Positions 10,254-20,129 are shown, numbered from the stretch's first letter. The stretch: DNA of 64,000 nt from Oscillospiraceae bacterium (GCA_051893615.1 JBJFHM010000034.1:76416-140415); one strand, 5' to 3'. Made by a program: numbers and translations. The notes: generated by a model from the letters alone, not told the origin.

Positions 10254-11258
10254 TTAAACTGTTCTTCCCGTTAGGAGTTCCCCTCCTACGATAAGATGCC
10301 TTTCTTTTTCTGAGATGCTCTTCTTACTAATCAACTTAACAAGAACTTCAGCAGAACGTTTTCCAATAAGTTCTATATTCTGTCTCATAGTAGTTAAAGG
10401 TTTCTCTAAAACTTGGGATAGATATATTCCATCATAACCAACCACGGCGACATCATCAGGGATTGAAAGCCCCAAAGACTTGATAGCATTACACACACCG
10501 ATTGCAGAAAAATCATCTGGTGCAATGATACAAGTAGGTGGAGCGTACAAACCTAACATTTCAGTAGTAATCTTATAAGCAGAGACGGAATCATTATACC
10601 TACTCTGTTTGACATAGTCTACACATGGAGTTATTCCCAACTCTTCCAAAGTATCCTTGAAAGATGTTACCCTTTTAGTCGTAACTTGAGAACTCTCCCC
10701 ATAGATATAAGCTATCTTTCTATGTCCTTTAGAATATACATATTGAACCAATCTTTTCATACCGATAGCATTATCAGAAGAAACACTACAAACTTTTTCG
10801 TTGACGAAATCTATAGTAACGGTTGGAATATCACTGTTCATGACTTCGTTAATTCCGTTATCGTAAAAATCGGCACATACGATAGCGATACCATCAACAT
10901 TTCTGTATCTGCAATGTTCTAAGTAGCTCATAGACCTACCTCCAATGTTACCATTGTTGATAAAAGTCACATCATAACCCAATCTTTCTGCTTCTGCTCT
11001 AAAACTTTCTAAAACACCCGAAAAGTATGTATGAGCAATACCTGTCCCAGCCTTATCAGAGAAAATGACGCCTATACTATACGTCTTATTAGTTTTTAAG
11101 GCTCTAGCTTGAGAATTAGGGAAGTACCCCATCTCTTTAGCAGTTTGCTTAATCAACCTTTTGGTATTTTCGCTAACATCATTATGATTGTTTAACGCTT
11201 TACTAACAGTTGCAATAGATACCCCACATCTTTCAGCTAAATCCTTAATTGATACCAT
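10254..11258 (-). CDS. LacI-family transcriptional regulator
   Basis: N-terminal HTH IKDLAERCGVSIATVSKALNN plus a periplasmic-binding-fold effector domain. Confidence 0.92.
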   Translation of the reverse strand: MVSIKDLAERCGVSIATVSKALNNHNDVSENTKRLIKQTAKEMGYFPNSQARALKTNKTYSIGVIFSDKAGTGIAHTYFSGVLESFRAEAERLGYDVTFINNGNIGGRSMSYLEHCRYRNVDGIAIVCADFYDNGINEVMNSDIPTVTIDFVNEKVCSVSSDNAIGMKRLVQYVYSKGHRKIAYIYGESSQVTTKRVTSFKDTLEELGITPCVDYVKQSRYNDSVSAYKITTEMLGLYAPPTCIIAPDDFSAIGVCNAIKSLGLSIPDDVAVVGYDGIYLSQVLEKPLTTMRQNIELIGKRSAEVLVKLISKKSISEKERHLIVGGELLTGRTV

Positions 11259-11618
11259 AATACAAGCGTCCTTACCTAAAAAATATAAATAAAATATAGG
11301 TTGTTAAGAATATTTCATGCTAGAGGATTAATTTAGTGCAACATTCACATATTCAAAAATTCGTGAAGACACACTTAATACCCAACTACTGTAATATTAG
11401 TTTACAATGTAACCAATAAAAAGTCAATATCTAAAACTTTTATTTAATTTTTTTCGTGTAATATGCACAATCAAAGCAATGATTTTTTGTGCATTTTAAC
11501 GTGAAATATTTTGAAAATTCTCATAAAAGTTACAGATTGGTTACAATATAAATCTAATAAATTGAAGATATCCCATATATAACATATGGATTTCTCAATA
11601 TGATAGAAAAAGTTTAAA

Positions 11619-11634
11619 TGTTAATCGTTTAAGA
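11619..11634. promoter_or_regulatory. candidate LacI-type operator (TGTTAATCGTTTAAGA)
   Basis: Pseudo-palindrome with a central CG (AATCGTTT fits AANCGNTT), located in the 426-nt gap between GH13 and lacI. Confidence 0.3.
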
Positions 11635-11684
11635 TTACTCTACCATATTGAAAAATGTCCAAAATGATTTTATCAGTATGATAA

Positions 11685-13274
11685 TTAAACCTGAGTAAAA
11701 CGAGATTTTCCATCAACATCGCCAAGGAATATAGTTTTAGGCATAGCCCAAACATCGTTTGAACCGTATAGAGCTTTATATATTATCAATTCCTCTTGTG
11801 AGTTGTAATCTCTTGCGATGGTAACTACCTTAAATACGTTATTATTGATATCTCTATAGTTTGCACCTATTTCAACATCTCTAGTAGTCGTATTGATATT
11901 TTCTAGTGGTTTAGGTTCTTCATTTAAGATATCGTCGGTAACTATAACCATAGATGAAAATGGTGGTACTTTAACGTAGGCATCACGGTTACCATTGATT
12001 TCAACTGAGTTGTTTCCTATGACATCTACTAAGAAGTCTGCATCAGCATGGAAGTTAAAACCATATTCATTTTCATCAAGGTTAAGGGCAACGTATACGA
12101 TTTGACCGTTTAACTCTTTCTTAAATAGAAGTTGTCTATTTCTAACTATCACAGTTTGATAACTACCAGTTCTCATTGCTGGATATACTGTGTATATTCT
12201 ACCTAATCTAACTATGTGTTTGTACAAATCAATGTTGCCGTTAGATAGTAAGTCATCTAAATCTAGGCAAGGTCTGAGACCATCATCTGAGTTGTTCTCA
12301 TGGATACCTTTAATACCAAACTCACTACCATAATAGATAGATGGTATTCCAGGCATAGCATACATTAGCGTATAACAGTTTTTTAGATTTCTCTCATCTT
12401 TTAGAGTACTTGCCAATCTATTAACGTCATGATTATCCACAAAGTTAAAAAGATTAATATTCTTATAGATACCACTATTACCAGATTGACGGTTGATAGA
12501 ATAGTCTATTTCAAAGTAGTTACCATCATTGTGAGACGAATATATACCCTTGTAACATTCATAGTTGGTGGTACTGTCAAGCATTTCAGAGTTTGCCCAT
12601 CTGTTGTAGTCACCGTGAATGATTTCACCCATTAGCCAAAAATCAGGCTTTTTAGATTTTGTAAACCATCTAATTCTTTTAAAGAAGTCGAAATCTATGC
12701 AGTCGGCAGCGTCAAAACGGATACCATCTATGTCAAACTCTTTAATCCAGTAGTCGACGGCATCTATAATGTAGTCGCAAACTTTAGGATTTCTCATATT
12801 TAACTTTACCAAGTTATAGTGACCGTTCCAACCCTCATACCAGAAGTTATCACCACATGGACTTTGACCACCAAAGTTTAAACTTTGAAACCAATCACAA
12901 TATTGTGAAGTAGGGCCATTCTTTTGAACGTCTTTAAAAGCCCAAAAGTTTCTACCAACGTGATTAAAGACACCATCTAAAACTACTCTAATGCCGTTAG
13001 CATGGAGTTCATCACAAACCTTTTTAAAGAGTTCGTTAGTTCCTAGACGTCTATCGATAACCTTGTAATCGGTGGTATCATAGCCATGTTCCACAGACTC
13101 AAACACTGGACCAAAGTACACTGCTGAAATGTTCATCTCTTTAAGATGAGGTATCCAATCGATAACTTTACCTAAGCGACATCTAATTTCGCCACCATCA
13201 TTAAACTTTTCAGCACCACAGAAACCTATAGGGTAAATGTGATAGAAAATAGCATTATCATACCAAAAACTCAT
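11685..13274 (-). CDS. GH13 alpha-amylase-family glycoside hydrolase with a C-terminal DUF1653-like domain
   Basis: GH13 regions I-IV: DGVFNH, GIRFDAADC, MGEIIHGD, FVDNHD. The C-terminal ~60 aa (YRDINNNVFKVVTIARDYNSQEELIIYKALYGSNDVWAMP) resemble DUF1653. Start refined to ATG 13272-13274 with RBS GGAGGA. Confidence 0.88.
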   Translation of the reverse strand: MSFWYDNAIFYHIYPIGFCGAEKFNDGGEIRCRLGKVIDWIPHLKEMNISAVYFGPVFESVEHGYDTTDYKVIDRRLGTNELFKKVCDELHANGIRVVLDGVFNHVGRNFWAFKDVQKNGPTSQYCDWFQSLNFGGQSPCGDNFWYEGWNGHYNLVKLNMRNPKVCDYIIDAVDYWIKEFDIDGIRFDAADCIDFDFFKRIRWFTKSKKPDFWLMGEIIHGDYNRWANSEMLDSTTNYECYKGIYSSHNDGNYFEIDYSINRQSGNSGIYKNINLFNFVDNHDVNRLASTLKDERNLKNCYTLMYAMPGIPSIYYGSEFGIKGIHENNSDDGLRPCLDLDDLLSNGNIDLYKHIVRLGRIYTVYPAMRTGSYQTVIVRNRQLLFKKELNGQIVYVALNLDENEYGFNFHADADFLVDVIGNNSVEINGNRDAYVKVPPFSSMVIVTDDILNEEPKPLENINTTTRDVEIGANYRDINNNVFKVVTIARDYNSQEELIIYKALYGSNDVWAMPKTIFLGDVDGKSRFTQV

Positions 13275-13344
13275 TAAACAAATCCTCCAAAATATAATTG
13301 ATATATATATAATATCCAACTAAAGATATTAATATAAACATAGA

Positions 13345-13959
13345 TTAATCATTTTCACTACCTTCAAGATAGTAAGTAGCTTCCATATCGGCAACGTTTA
13401 GAGCAAACGCAAGAGGAAACATCTCAAAAGCCTTACCAATAGTATTATTATCTTCCACACCTGAAAATCCCATATGATACCTAATAGCAAAGGCTTCTTC
13501 CCTAGAAAGACGCATAAATCCTGAAACGATATATACAGACTTTTCTCCATGTCCATAAGGGAGTTTATCATTAACCTTATAATAAGGAACTCTTTCCCAT
13601 ACTCCTCTAGCGTTTTTAACGTTTCTAAAATCGGTTTCATAGAAGTTTATCTTGCAAACGTCGTGAAGCAAAGATACTACTGCTATAGTCTCATCGGAAT
13701 AGTTCATACCATATAGATTTTTGGTCTGTTCCCTTGAAAGATAGTCCCTTAAACAGTGATACACGTTCAAGCTATGTTGTACTAAACCTCCTTCAAAAGC
13801 ACCATGAAAACGTGTGCTACTTGGAGCAGTAAAAAAATCACTTTGGTCTGAAAGAAGATAATCTAACAACCTTTCAGAACCGTTTCTCTTGATATTAGAA
13901 GTATATACTTTAACAAACTCATCTTTTTTAGAGGAAACGTTTTCTTCAAATAACTCCAT
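13345..13959 (-). CDS. HD-domain phosphohydrolase
   Basis: H...HD metal motif (VQHSLNVY ... LLHDVCK). Confidence 0.7.
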   Translation of the reverse strand: MELFEENVSSKKDEFVKVYTSNIKRNGSERLLDYLLSDQSDFFTAPSSTRFHGAFEGGLVQHSLNVYHCLRDYLSREQTKNLYGMNYSDETIAVVSLLHDVCKINFYETDFRNVKNARGVWERVPYYKVNDKLPYGHGEKSVYIVSGFMRLSREEAFAIRYHMGFSGVEDNNTIGKAFEMFPLAFALNVADMEATYYLEGSEND

Positions 13960-14179
13960 AAAAATTAAGAACCTCTTACTTTCAAATTTTTTAATTCAAT
14001 TCTAATATATTAATAATACCATATTTATTTTATTTTTTCAAGTCTTATTTGATTATTTTTACAAAAAATATATATTCATACCCAAAATCCATGAATTTTT
14101 AAGTATTTTTTATAATTGGTTAATTATTGGCAAAATAACCAATCTTTTTAGATGTAATCCACAAATATTAAATTTTTTG

Positions 14180-14208
14180 TTGACTATTTTTTATTTTAGT
14201 GATATTAT
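14180..14208 (+). promoter_or_regulatory. candidate promoter for the pectate lyase gene
   Basis: TTGACT, 17 nt, TATTAT. Confidence 0.45.
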
Positions 14209-14303
14209 TATTATATATTAAGCCCGATTGAAGTATGGTCTTATACATATCGGACTATTATGTTTATATTTATATTTATTTAGGAAATAGGGGTGTTCTC
14301 AAT

Positions 14304-17300
14304 ATGAGTAATTCTAGTGTTAAAAAGAAGATTGCTTTTATCACCACTTTGGCTTTAGTAGTTACTACTGTTGGTGTTAGTACTGTTGGAAATTTTTCCA
14401 CAGAAACTTTAAACATTCTATCTGTAAACGCTGTTGAAAACGTATCCATCACAGAAAGTTCAGGATATGAAGAGGGTGCTTACGTTGAATGGACAGGTTC
14501 AACCTCCGATGAGTACAGTGTATTTTACAAAAAATCTGGTGGTGAATACGTCCAAATTGATAGTATGTTAATCCGTCAATACGCTGACCACTTCCGTGCT
14601 GATGCCGTTGGTTTAGCTCCTGGTAGTTACACTTTAAAGGTTGTAGGAAAATCTAGTGGTGAAGTTGAAACTACTGCTTTAACCGTAACGTCTTATGATA
14701 GAAGTGGTTTTGCTTTTTCTAAAAATTCACCTACTAAAGGTGAAGGTATCGGTGCTTACAATAATGATGGTACTCTAAAAGCTAATGCTCAAGTACTTTA
14801 CGTTACCGAAGATACTAAAGACACTGTAACCATGGATATTAATGGTAAATCATATACTGGTGTTAGTGCAATCACACAAGCTATCAAGGATAAGAATAGT
14901 TGTCCACCTGTAGCTATCCGTATCATAGGACAGGTTACCTTAGATGGACTTTCTTGCAGTGATATGTCTTCTGCATATGCGATAGGTGTTAAAGGAGCAT
15001 CTAATGTAACTTTTGAGGGTATCGGTGAAGATGCTACTCTAATGGCTGGTGTTGGTGCATTCCAATGTAACAGTATCGAAGTTAGAAACCTTGGTTTAAT
15101 GCTTTGGGGTGGTGGCAAAGATGGTGATGGTATCACTCTAAAAGCAAGTGTAAACGTTTGGGTTCATAATAATGATATCTTCTATGGCGAAGCTGGTAGC
15201 GACTCCGACCAAGCTAAAGGCGATGGCTCTATGGACTTAAAAGATGATTCCCAATACGTAACCATCTCTTACAACCACTTCTGGGATAGTGGAAAGATGT
15301 CATTATGTGGTATGAAATCTGAAAGTGGTGAAAACTGGATTACTTACCATCACAACTGGTTTGACCACTCCGATAGCCGTCACCCTAGAATTAGAACCAT
15401 GTCTGTTCACGTTTACAATAACTATTATGATGGTAACTCTAAATATGGTGTAGGTTGTGCATATCAATCTGAAGCTTTCGTTGAAGCTAACTACTTTAGA
15501 AATTGTAACTATCCTATGTTAAGTTCAATGCAAGGTTCTGACGTTCTAGCTGAAGGTATATTCTCAGGTGAAGATGGTGGCGTTATCAAATCGTTTGGAA
15601 ACTATATGGAAGGTCAAAAGTCTTACATAACCTATCAAGAGGATAACACAGAATTTGACGCTTATGAGGCTACTTCAAAAGATGAAAAAGTACCATCTAC
15701 GGTTACTGCTAAACAGGGTGGTAAGACCTACAGCAACTTCGATACTGATAGTAGTATCATGTATGATTATACCCCTGATAGTGCCAAAGATGTTCCATCT
15801 ATAGTAATGGCTAAGGCTGGTCGTCTAAATGGTGGCGATTTTGACTTCACTTTTGACAACTCCGTAGATGATACTAGTTATGCAGTAAATTCCGATTTAA
15901 TGGCTAAACTTAAAGCATATAAGACTGGTGTAATATCAATAGGTAGTGGAAACTACGTTACTGACCCTCCACAAGGTGGTGAAGTTACTACTACTCCAAG
16001 TGTTAGTGTTACTGAACCTACTGGAAGTTCAAGTGGAAGTGTTACTACTGCTCCACCTGTAGTATCTAGTGGAAACGTTCATAACTTCACCACTGATGGT
16101 ACTTCTAGTACGTATTATACTATCACTGGTAACCTATCCACTGGAAAAGGCACTATGACTTATAACGGCTTAGAATTAACTCAATGTCTAAAGTTAGAAA
16201 GTTCCACTTCTATAGTGTTCACTGCCTCTTCAGATACTACTCTAACTCTAGTTACTAACACTGCCACTTACGTTAAGATAGATGGCGAAAAGGTTACTCT
16301 TGATACTAGTGGAATTACATCAATTCCAATAAGTGCAGGTACACATACTATTACTAAAGGTGATAGTGGTAATCTATTTTATATGGCTACTGGTGATACT
16401 GGCTCTGTAAGTACTGAACCTAGTGTTACTACTACTGCCCCTCCAACTACTAACCCTGTAGACCCTACTGGTACTACTACTACATCACAAATAGTAAATC
16501 CTCCAAGTGTAGTAAGTGAAGCAATCTACTGTTCACCTAATGGCACTGGTGATGGTTCTAGCAAAGAAAATCCAACTGATGTATTGACTGCACTTTCTAG
16601 CATTAAGGCTGGTGGAGTTATCTACCTATTAGGTGGTACTTATAACTTTAGTGAGACTATCTTAATAGATGAAAATAACTGTGGTACTGCTGATGCTTAT
16701 AAGACTATCATGGCTTATCCTGGCGATACCGTAGTTTGGGACTTCTCTGCTTTAACAGTAGACCCATCTAACCGTGGTGTAGTCCTTGATGGTGATTATT
16801 GGCACTTCTATGGATTTGAAATCACTAAGGCTGGTGATAACGGTATGTTATTATCTGGTAATAACAACGTTATCCAAATGATGATTTTTAACAATAACCA
16901 AGATACTGGTCTACAAATCTCACGTTACAACACCAACAATGCTACCATAGATACTTGGCCAAGTAACAACTTAATCTTAAACTGTACATCTAAGAACAAT
17001 TGCGATGACGAAACTATGGAAAATGCTGATGGTTTCGCAGCTAAGTTAACTTGTGGTGAAGGCAACATCTTTGATGGTTGTATGTCTTACAACAACTCCG
17101 ATGACGGTTGGGACTTATTCGCTAAAACTGAAACTGGCCCTATAGGTGTAGTAACTCTTCAAAACTGTATAGCATTTAGAAACGGTTACACCGAAGACGG
17201 TCGTGGCTATGGTGACTGTGATGGTAACGGTTTTAAACTTGGTGGTTCAGGTGTAGGTTCTGCTCATGTAGTTAAGAACTGTCTAGCCTTTGAAAATCTA

Positions 17301-18155
17301 AACTGTGGCTTCACTGATAATAACAATCCTAAACTTGAGAGTCTAACTGGTTGTACATCTTTTAATAATAACTATGGTAAGAATGGAAAACCTAACTTCT
17401 CTCTATACCGTTGTACCGATGATGGTTGCGACTTCAAAGATATCATCTCTTATTATAATGCTAATGGAAATGCATCTAATGATAAGTTCGTAGGTACTAT
17501 GGAAAATTCCATATTCTACAACGCAAAATATCACAAGGTAACCGACAAGATTGATGTTGAAAACGGCTTCAAAGGTGGCGATGATATTACCGTTTCTGAT
17601 AGTGATTTCGTAAGCGTTACTGCCCCTGAAATGGGTTCAGATTTCCACACCCTTTGGAGAGATGATGATGGTTCTATAAATACTCACGGATTTATGCAAC
17701 TTGCTGAAAGTGGAACTATCACTAACGTTGGTGCTGATTTAGAAAATTATGGTGGTCTAACTTTTGCTGTTCCTTCTGGTGACCCTATAACTCCTTCTGA
17801 CGTTACTACTACTACTACCAATCCTAGTGTAACTGAACCTTCTACTACAGACCCTAGTATAACAGACCCTTCTACTACCAATCCTAGCACAACAGACCCT
17901 TCCACCACTGACCCTAGCAGTACAACAACTACTAGAGAACTTCCTGAAGGTACTATGTTAGGTGACTTCAACCTTGATGGACAGGTTAAATCTAACGACT
18001 TAATCTCAATTAGAAGAGTACTTCTCCACTTAGACCCTTCACCTAGTGAAGACAGTCAAGAGTTCATAAACGGTGACGTTAATGGAGATGGTCAATTAAA
18101 GTCAAATGACCTCTTAAAGATTAGAAGAGTTCTATTACACTTAGAAAGTTTCTAA
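14304..18155 (+). CDS. multimodular secreted pectate lyase: PL1 module, beta-sandwich (CBM-like) module, PL9-like beta-helix module and dockerin
   Basis: Signal peptide begins at MSNSSVKKKIAF (ATG 14304). PL1 motifs: WVHNNDIF, GDGSMDLKDDS, SRHPRIR. The second beta-helix has NADGFAAKL, DDGWDLF and GNGFKLGG. Thr/Pro/Ser linkers separate the modules. The C-terminal dockerin has GDFNLDGQVKSNDL and GDVNGDGQLKSNDL. Confidence 0.85.
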   Translation: MSNSSVKKKIAFITTLALVVTTVGVSTVGNFSTETLNILSVNAVENVSITESSGYEEGAYVEWTGSTSDEYSVFYKKSGGEYVQIDSMLIRQYADHFRADAVGLAPGSYTLKVVGKSSGEVETTALTVTSYDRSGFAFSKNSPTKGEGIGAYNNDGTLKANAQVLYVTEDTKDTVTMDINGKSYTGVSAITQAIKDKNSCPPVAIRIIGQVTLDGLSCSDMSSAYAIGVKGASNVTFEGIGEDATLMAGVGAFQCNSIEVRNLGLMLWGGGKDGDGITLKASVNVWVHNNDIFYGEAGSDSDQAKGDGSMDLKDDSQYVTISYNHFWDSGKMSLCGMKSESGENWITYHHNWFDHSDSRHPRIRTMSVHVYNNYYDGNSKYGVGCAYQSEAFVEANYFRNCNYPMLSSMQGSDVLAEGIFSGEDGGVIKSFGNYMEGQKSYITYQEDNTEFDAYEATSKDEKVPSTVTAKQGGKTYSNFDTDSSIMYDYTPDSAKDVPSIVMAKAGRLNGGDFDFTFDNSVDDTSYAVNSDLMAKLKAYKTGVISIGSGNYVTDPPQGGEVTTTPSVSVTEPTGSSSGSVTTAPPVVSSGNVHNFTTDGTSSTYYTITGNLSTGKGTMTYNGLELTQCLKLESSTSIVFTASSDTTLTLVTNTATYVKIDGEKVTLDTSGITSIPISAGTHTITKGDSGNLFYMATGDTGSVSTEPSVTTTAPPTTNPVDPTGTTTTSQIVNPPSVVSEAIYCSPNGTGDGSSKENPTDVLTALSSIKAGGVIYLLGGTYNFSETILIDENNCGTADAYKTIMAYPGDTVVWDFSALTVDPSNRGVVLDGDYWHFYGFEITKAGDNGMLLSGNNNVIQMMIFNNNQDTGLQISRYNTNNATIDTWPSNNLILNCTSKNNCDDETMENADGFAAKLTCGEGNIFDGCMSYNNSDDGWDLFAKTETGPIGVVTLQNCIAFRNGYTEDGRGYGDCDGNGFKLGGSGVGSAHVVKNCLAFENLNCGFTDNNNPKLESLTGCTSFNNNYGKNGKPNFSLYRCTDDGCDFKDIISYYNANGNASNDKFVGTMENSIFYNAKYHKVTDKIDVENGFKGGDDITVSDSDFVSVTAPEMGSDFHTLWRDDDGSINTHGFMQLAESGTITNVGADLENYGGLTFAVPSGDPITPSDVTTTTTNPSVTEPSTTDPSITDPSTTNPSTTDPSTTDPSSTTTTRELPEGTMLGDFNLDGQVKSNDLISIRRVLLHLDPSPSEDSQEFINGDVNGDGQLKSNDLLKIRRVLLHLESF
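17803..17930 (+). repeat. in-frame tandem linker repeat (period ~15 nt, P-S-T-T-D/N)
   Basis: TTTTTNPSVTEPSTTDPSITDPSTTNPSTTDPSTTDPSS, a coding low-complexity linker just before the dockerin. Confidence 0.8.
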
Positions 18156-18175
18156 TATCCAATAAGATATAGAAT

Positions 18176-18210
18176 AATTCCCCTACCATATTTTAGGTAG
18201 GGGAATTATT
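18176..18210. terminator. bidirectional intrinsic terminator between convergent pectate lyase and GH5 genes
   Basis: AATTCCCCTACC / GGTAGGGGAATT stem with flanking A/T runs. Confidence 0.8.
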
Positions 18211-18287
18211 ACTGATATCATTAAAAGGTCTCCTCTATGGATAAATAATATAATATGTTAGGTATGTTAATATTAATAATAGTAACA

Positions 18288-19460
18288 TCATTTAATAGCG
18301 TTTTGTAAGGCATCTAATAATTCAGGAGTACGCCATTCATAAGAGTTTCTATCTAATTGATTGCCATTATCCCAAAAGAATGTAGGTATACCATTATCAT
18401 GACAGAGTTTAACGAACGTTTCACAGAATAGTATTTGACTATCTTTTTCAGTACCATAACCCACGCCATACTCACCAACTATCACGGGAACGCCACAGTT
18501 GATAAACCTATCTACTAACTTATTGACCTGTGTTTCCATCAATTGGATTTCACTTTCCGTACCCCAAGTCTTGTTAATATCAGTAGTACAGAACTCCCAA
18601 GGAGTGTAGTAATGTACCGATACTATACAACGATTAGCAACATCGTTTGGCATGGTGAAGTAGTCACTGATGGTCATATTAATATCTGTCCAGTAACCAG
18701 CAATCAAAAGGTATCTATTAGGATTGTTTCCACCCGAACTACGAACTAAATCCACAAACGCTTGATTAAACTCAGCTAACAAAGAGTAAGCCTGTACTTG
18801 AGGTAAGTCATCAAAACCGACTTCGTTCATACTCTCAAAGATTAAGTTTTCCGAATAGTCTTGAAATCTGTCTGCAATCTGTTGCCAGACTATTTTATAC
18901 TTTTCTATAATTTCATCTTTGTTGGTAGATGCGTTTCTAATCCAAGCACCGAAATTTTGGTCACCACCACCATCATGATGAATGTTTATTATTATGAACA
19001 TATCAAGATTGTAGGCATAGTCTACTACTTCTTGAACACGGTCAAGCCAAGTTTCATCAATGTTGTAGTTTTCGTCAAGATGGTCACGCCAAGTTACGGG
19101 TATCCTAACCGAATTGATACCATCATCTTTTAAAGATTGAAACAACTGTTGTGTAGCCTTAGGATTGCCCCAAAGTGTTTCATCTACTGTAGAAGAACTT
19201 TCATCAAGAATACCATCACCGTTTCGGTCTGCGTTGCAAACGTCGAGAGTATCACCTAAATTCCACCCCAAACTCATCTGTGATACAAATTCTAAACTTT
19301 CAGATGTAACGTTATCACTTTTAATATCATCATTACTAGATGTCGAAACGTTAGAACTTACCTGTACTACATCGATATCAATTTGTTGTGATTGGCAAGA
19401 CGTCAATAGAACCGATATCAAAGATATGATTGCTAAACTGCTTTTTATTAGTCTATTCAT
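18288..19460 (-). CDS. GH5 glycoside hydrolase (cellulase family) lipoprotein
   Basis: Lipobox LLTSCQ. GH5 motifs: NIHHDGG, FESMNEV (acid/base Glu) and VGEYG (nucleophile Glu). Confidence 0.85.
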   Translation of the reverse strand: MNRLIKSSLAIISLISVLLTSCQSQQIDIDVVQVSSNVSTSSNDDIKSDNVTSESLEFVSQMSLGWNLGDTLDVCNADRNGDGILDESSSTVDETLWGNPKATQQLFQSLKDDGINSVRIPVTWRDHLDENYNIDETWLDRVQEVVDYAYNLDMFIIINIHHDGGGDQNFGAWIRNASTNKDEIIEKYKIVWQQIADRFQDYSENLIFESMNEVGFDDLPQVQAYSLLAEFNQAFVDLVRSSGGNNPNRYLLIAGYWTDINMTISDYFTMPNDVANRCIVSVHYYTPWEFCTTDINKTWGTESEIQLMETQVNKLVDRFINCGVPVIVGEYGVGYGTEKDSQILFCETFVKLCHDNGIPTFFWDNGNQLDRNSYEWRTPELLDALQNAIK

Positions 19461-19496
19461 AGTTTTAATCCTTATAAGTTTATGATAATTTGATAA

Positions 19497-19925
19497 TTAT
19501 TTAAAAGTCATGGTTACAGTAGTACCCAAACCTATCACAGATTTAATATCCATGGTGTTGGAATATTTAGCCATATTAGAAAGTCCTTGACCTGCTCCAA
19601 AACCTTTTTGATGTACAGGACTATCTTTTGGAATAGTAGTATAACCATTTTTCATAGCCTCTTCAACGTTTTCGATACCATGACCATTATCTTCTAATAT
19701 GACGGTTATAGTCTTATCTTCATCAACAGTCACCGTAACGATACCACCATTAGCATGGAGCGTCATATTAATCTCACCTTCATAGAGGGCTAGGGTACAT
19801 CTACGGATAGTTTCCGAGTTAATATTCAATTTCATTAAACTTTGGCTTACATCTGCAGATATTTCCATAGGTGAAGTTAAATCAAAGGAATTCACAGTAT
19901 ATTTCAAGTTAAGTATTTCATTCAT
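19497..19925 (-). CDS. small GHKL/HATPase_c protein (RsbW/SpoIIAB-like anti-sigma kinase fold)
   Basis: 142 aa with an N-box-like EGEINMTLHANGG, G1 EDNGHGI and G2 GFGAGQGLSNM. RBS GGAGG. It lies 36 nt upstream of GH5 on the same strand. Confidence 0.65.
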   Translation of the reverse strand: MNEILNLKYTVNSFDLTSPMEISADVSQSLMKLNINSETIRRCTLALYEGEINMTLHANGGIVTVTVDEDKTITVILEDNGHGIENVEEAMKNGYTTIPKDSPVHQKGFGAGQGLSNMAKYSNTMDIKSVIGLGTTVTMTFK

Positions 19926-20066
19926 ATAGAATGAACCTCCTTTCTGCGAGTATTATTAACTATATTATATCACAAGATAGAACTTTTTTCAACTAAAAAA
20001 ATCCCAAAAAATGACCTAAACGTTACAGTATATCCCATATGTTGATAAAATACAACTAATAATATA

Positions 20067-20095
20067 TTGACATATCTGTGTTTTTTTGGTACACT
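20067..20095 (+). promoter_or_regulatory. candidate promoter for the vanY-like gene
   Basis: TTGACA, 17 nt, TACACT. Confidence 0.45.
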
Positions 20096-20129
20096 AAATA
20101 ATATATCTATGAAATAAGGAGATGTTTTT

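Noticed and set aside
17803-17930. A regular ~15-nt periodic repeat that might be mistaken for a minisatellite or CRISPR-like array.
   Set aside because: It is in frame within the pectate lyase gene and encodes a P-S-T-T-D linker. It has no spacers and no repeat-spacer architecture.
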